A stretch of 63,775 bases of DNA, counting the filler, from Dicyema japonicum (lineage: Eukaryota; Animalia; Dicyemida): the NCBI GenBank assembly GCA_011109175.1. It is 10 parts of 10 records of this genome, joined end to end, with 100 filler letters (N's around TTAATTAATTAA, not from the genome) between each part and the next. Parts side by side here need not be neighbours in the genome. Positions count along the whole stretch, not along the records: positions 62,347 to 63,775 come from RDEW01000295.1; 9 more parts are not named here. One strand, 5' to 3'. This document shows, piece after piece, positions 63,017-63,775 of the stretch. Both the position numbers and the translations under genes were made by a program. The notes beneath the pieces were generated by a model. It was given only the letters and a program-made list of their open reading frames with translations. It was not told where the DNA came from and did no database searches. The stretch's first letter is position 1; every line of letters begins with the position of its first letter.

Positions 63017-63540
63017 TGGTTGAGGTGGTGACGTGCCTTTCTTGCACAAATGTCTTCTTAATGCACTCAATCTTCCCTGTTTTCCATTGGATCATTCAAT
63101 GTAAGAGGACTCACATCATGCGTCAAAAGACAACAGTTATGTGCGGACATCCAACGATACGGAATATCTGTATGCTGTATCTAGGAGACTAAAGTCCCTG
63201 GATGAAACAATGAACAGGCATCGACTGCTCATGTTGCCGTCAAACTTCCGACATTATGGGATGGGGTTTGCTATACGCATGGACGAACTGTAGTGGCTCA
63301 TAGAGCATCAACGACAGGATTGCCATCCTCCAACTACGCCTCGGAAACAACTGCAATAGTACCTAATCGGTTATTAAACGGGCATTCGCCAACGCAGAAA
63401 AACTTGACAATTTTTACTCGTCCTTATCATCGGCTTACTTTTCGCTGTTCATCTCCTACATGCTCTTTATAGCAGGTGACTGAATTCCAAAGTTGGGAAA
63501 AAGCTGGACGAATCAAATTGCTTGGGCAACCACGCTCGAG
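63017..63540 (+). mobile_element. RTE-like LINE 5' part (APE), decayed
   Basis: IGSFNVRGL, SINDRIAILQL, IAGDLNSKVG. Confidence 0.75.
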
Positions 63541-63775
63541 GGATCAGAAATCTGTCTTGGGAGGCCCTAATACACTTCTACGAGTCATTTGGACTGTTCC
63601 TTTTAACACGGTATTCCGACATGCAGCGCGACATATTATGACGTGACAGGACGGAGGAGAGACTCCTGTGTAAATTACGTCCGTATATTTAACCAAATCG
63701 ACTACATGCATACTATGCAGACAAATACATAAGGGGCTACAAGCGGAATCTCGTACGCACAGTGGCACGATGACC

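Noticed and set aside
1-63775. Gene-order relationships among CPSF3, DOCK, CINP, GOT1, RPL13 and ACTL6 as a cluster
   Set aside because: They lie on separate linker-joined contigs; adjacency may be arbitrary

Overview
AT-rich eukaryotic DNA, most likely animal, read with the standard genetic code. It is densely packed with decayed transposons and carries a few host genes split by very short (~21-30 nt) spliceosomal introns. That intron style is known from dicyemid mesozoans and similar reduced parasites; the taxon is an inference. The window is probably not one contiguous locus: nine identical 100-nt linkers (44 N + TTAATTAATTAA + 44 N) split it into ten contigs, so synteny across linkers is unsupported. 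Recognisable host genes: ACTL6/Arp4 (12 micro-introns, one GC-AG), WDR86-like, a DOCK-C/D GEF (5' part), CINP-like head-to-head with an ICE1-like coiled-coil gene, an EGFR-type L-domain gene fragment, RPL13, GOT1 (5' part) and a 5'-truncated CPSF3 pseudogene. Many carry single-base indels in homopolymers, probably assembly errors. Mobile DNA: RTE-like LINEs, CRE-like and R4/Dong-like RLE retrotransposons, jockey/I fragments, a possible Penelope, pogo/Tigger, Tc1/IS630, MULE, Ginger, hAT and Helitron ends, and a tRNA-derived SINE. The most notable structures are: (1) a 1.4-kb inverted duplication enclosing a LINE whose complete 5' end is inverted (twin-priming-like); (2) a conserved ~20-nt 5'-terminal motif on four diverged LINEs; (3) a thrice-repeated ~50-nt nested-palindrome motif at an insertion breakpoint; and (4) a weak D5-type SF3 helicase remnant. 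No clearly novel system can be demonstrated from sequence alone. Most TE boundaries are approximate.
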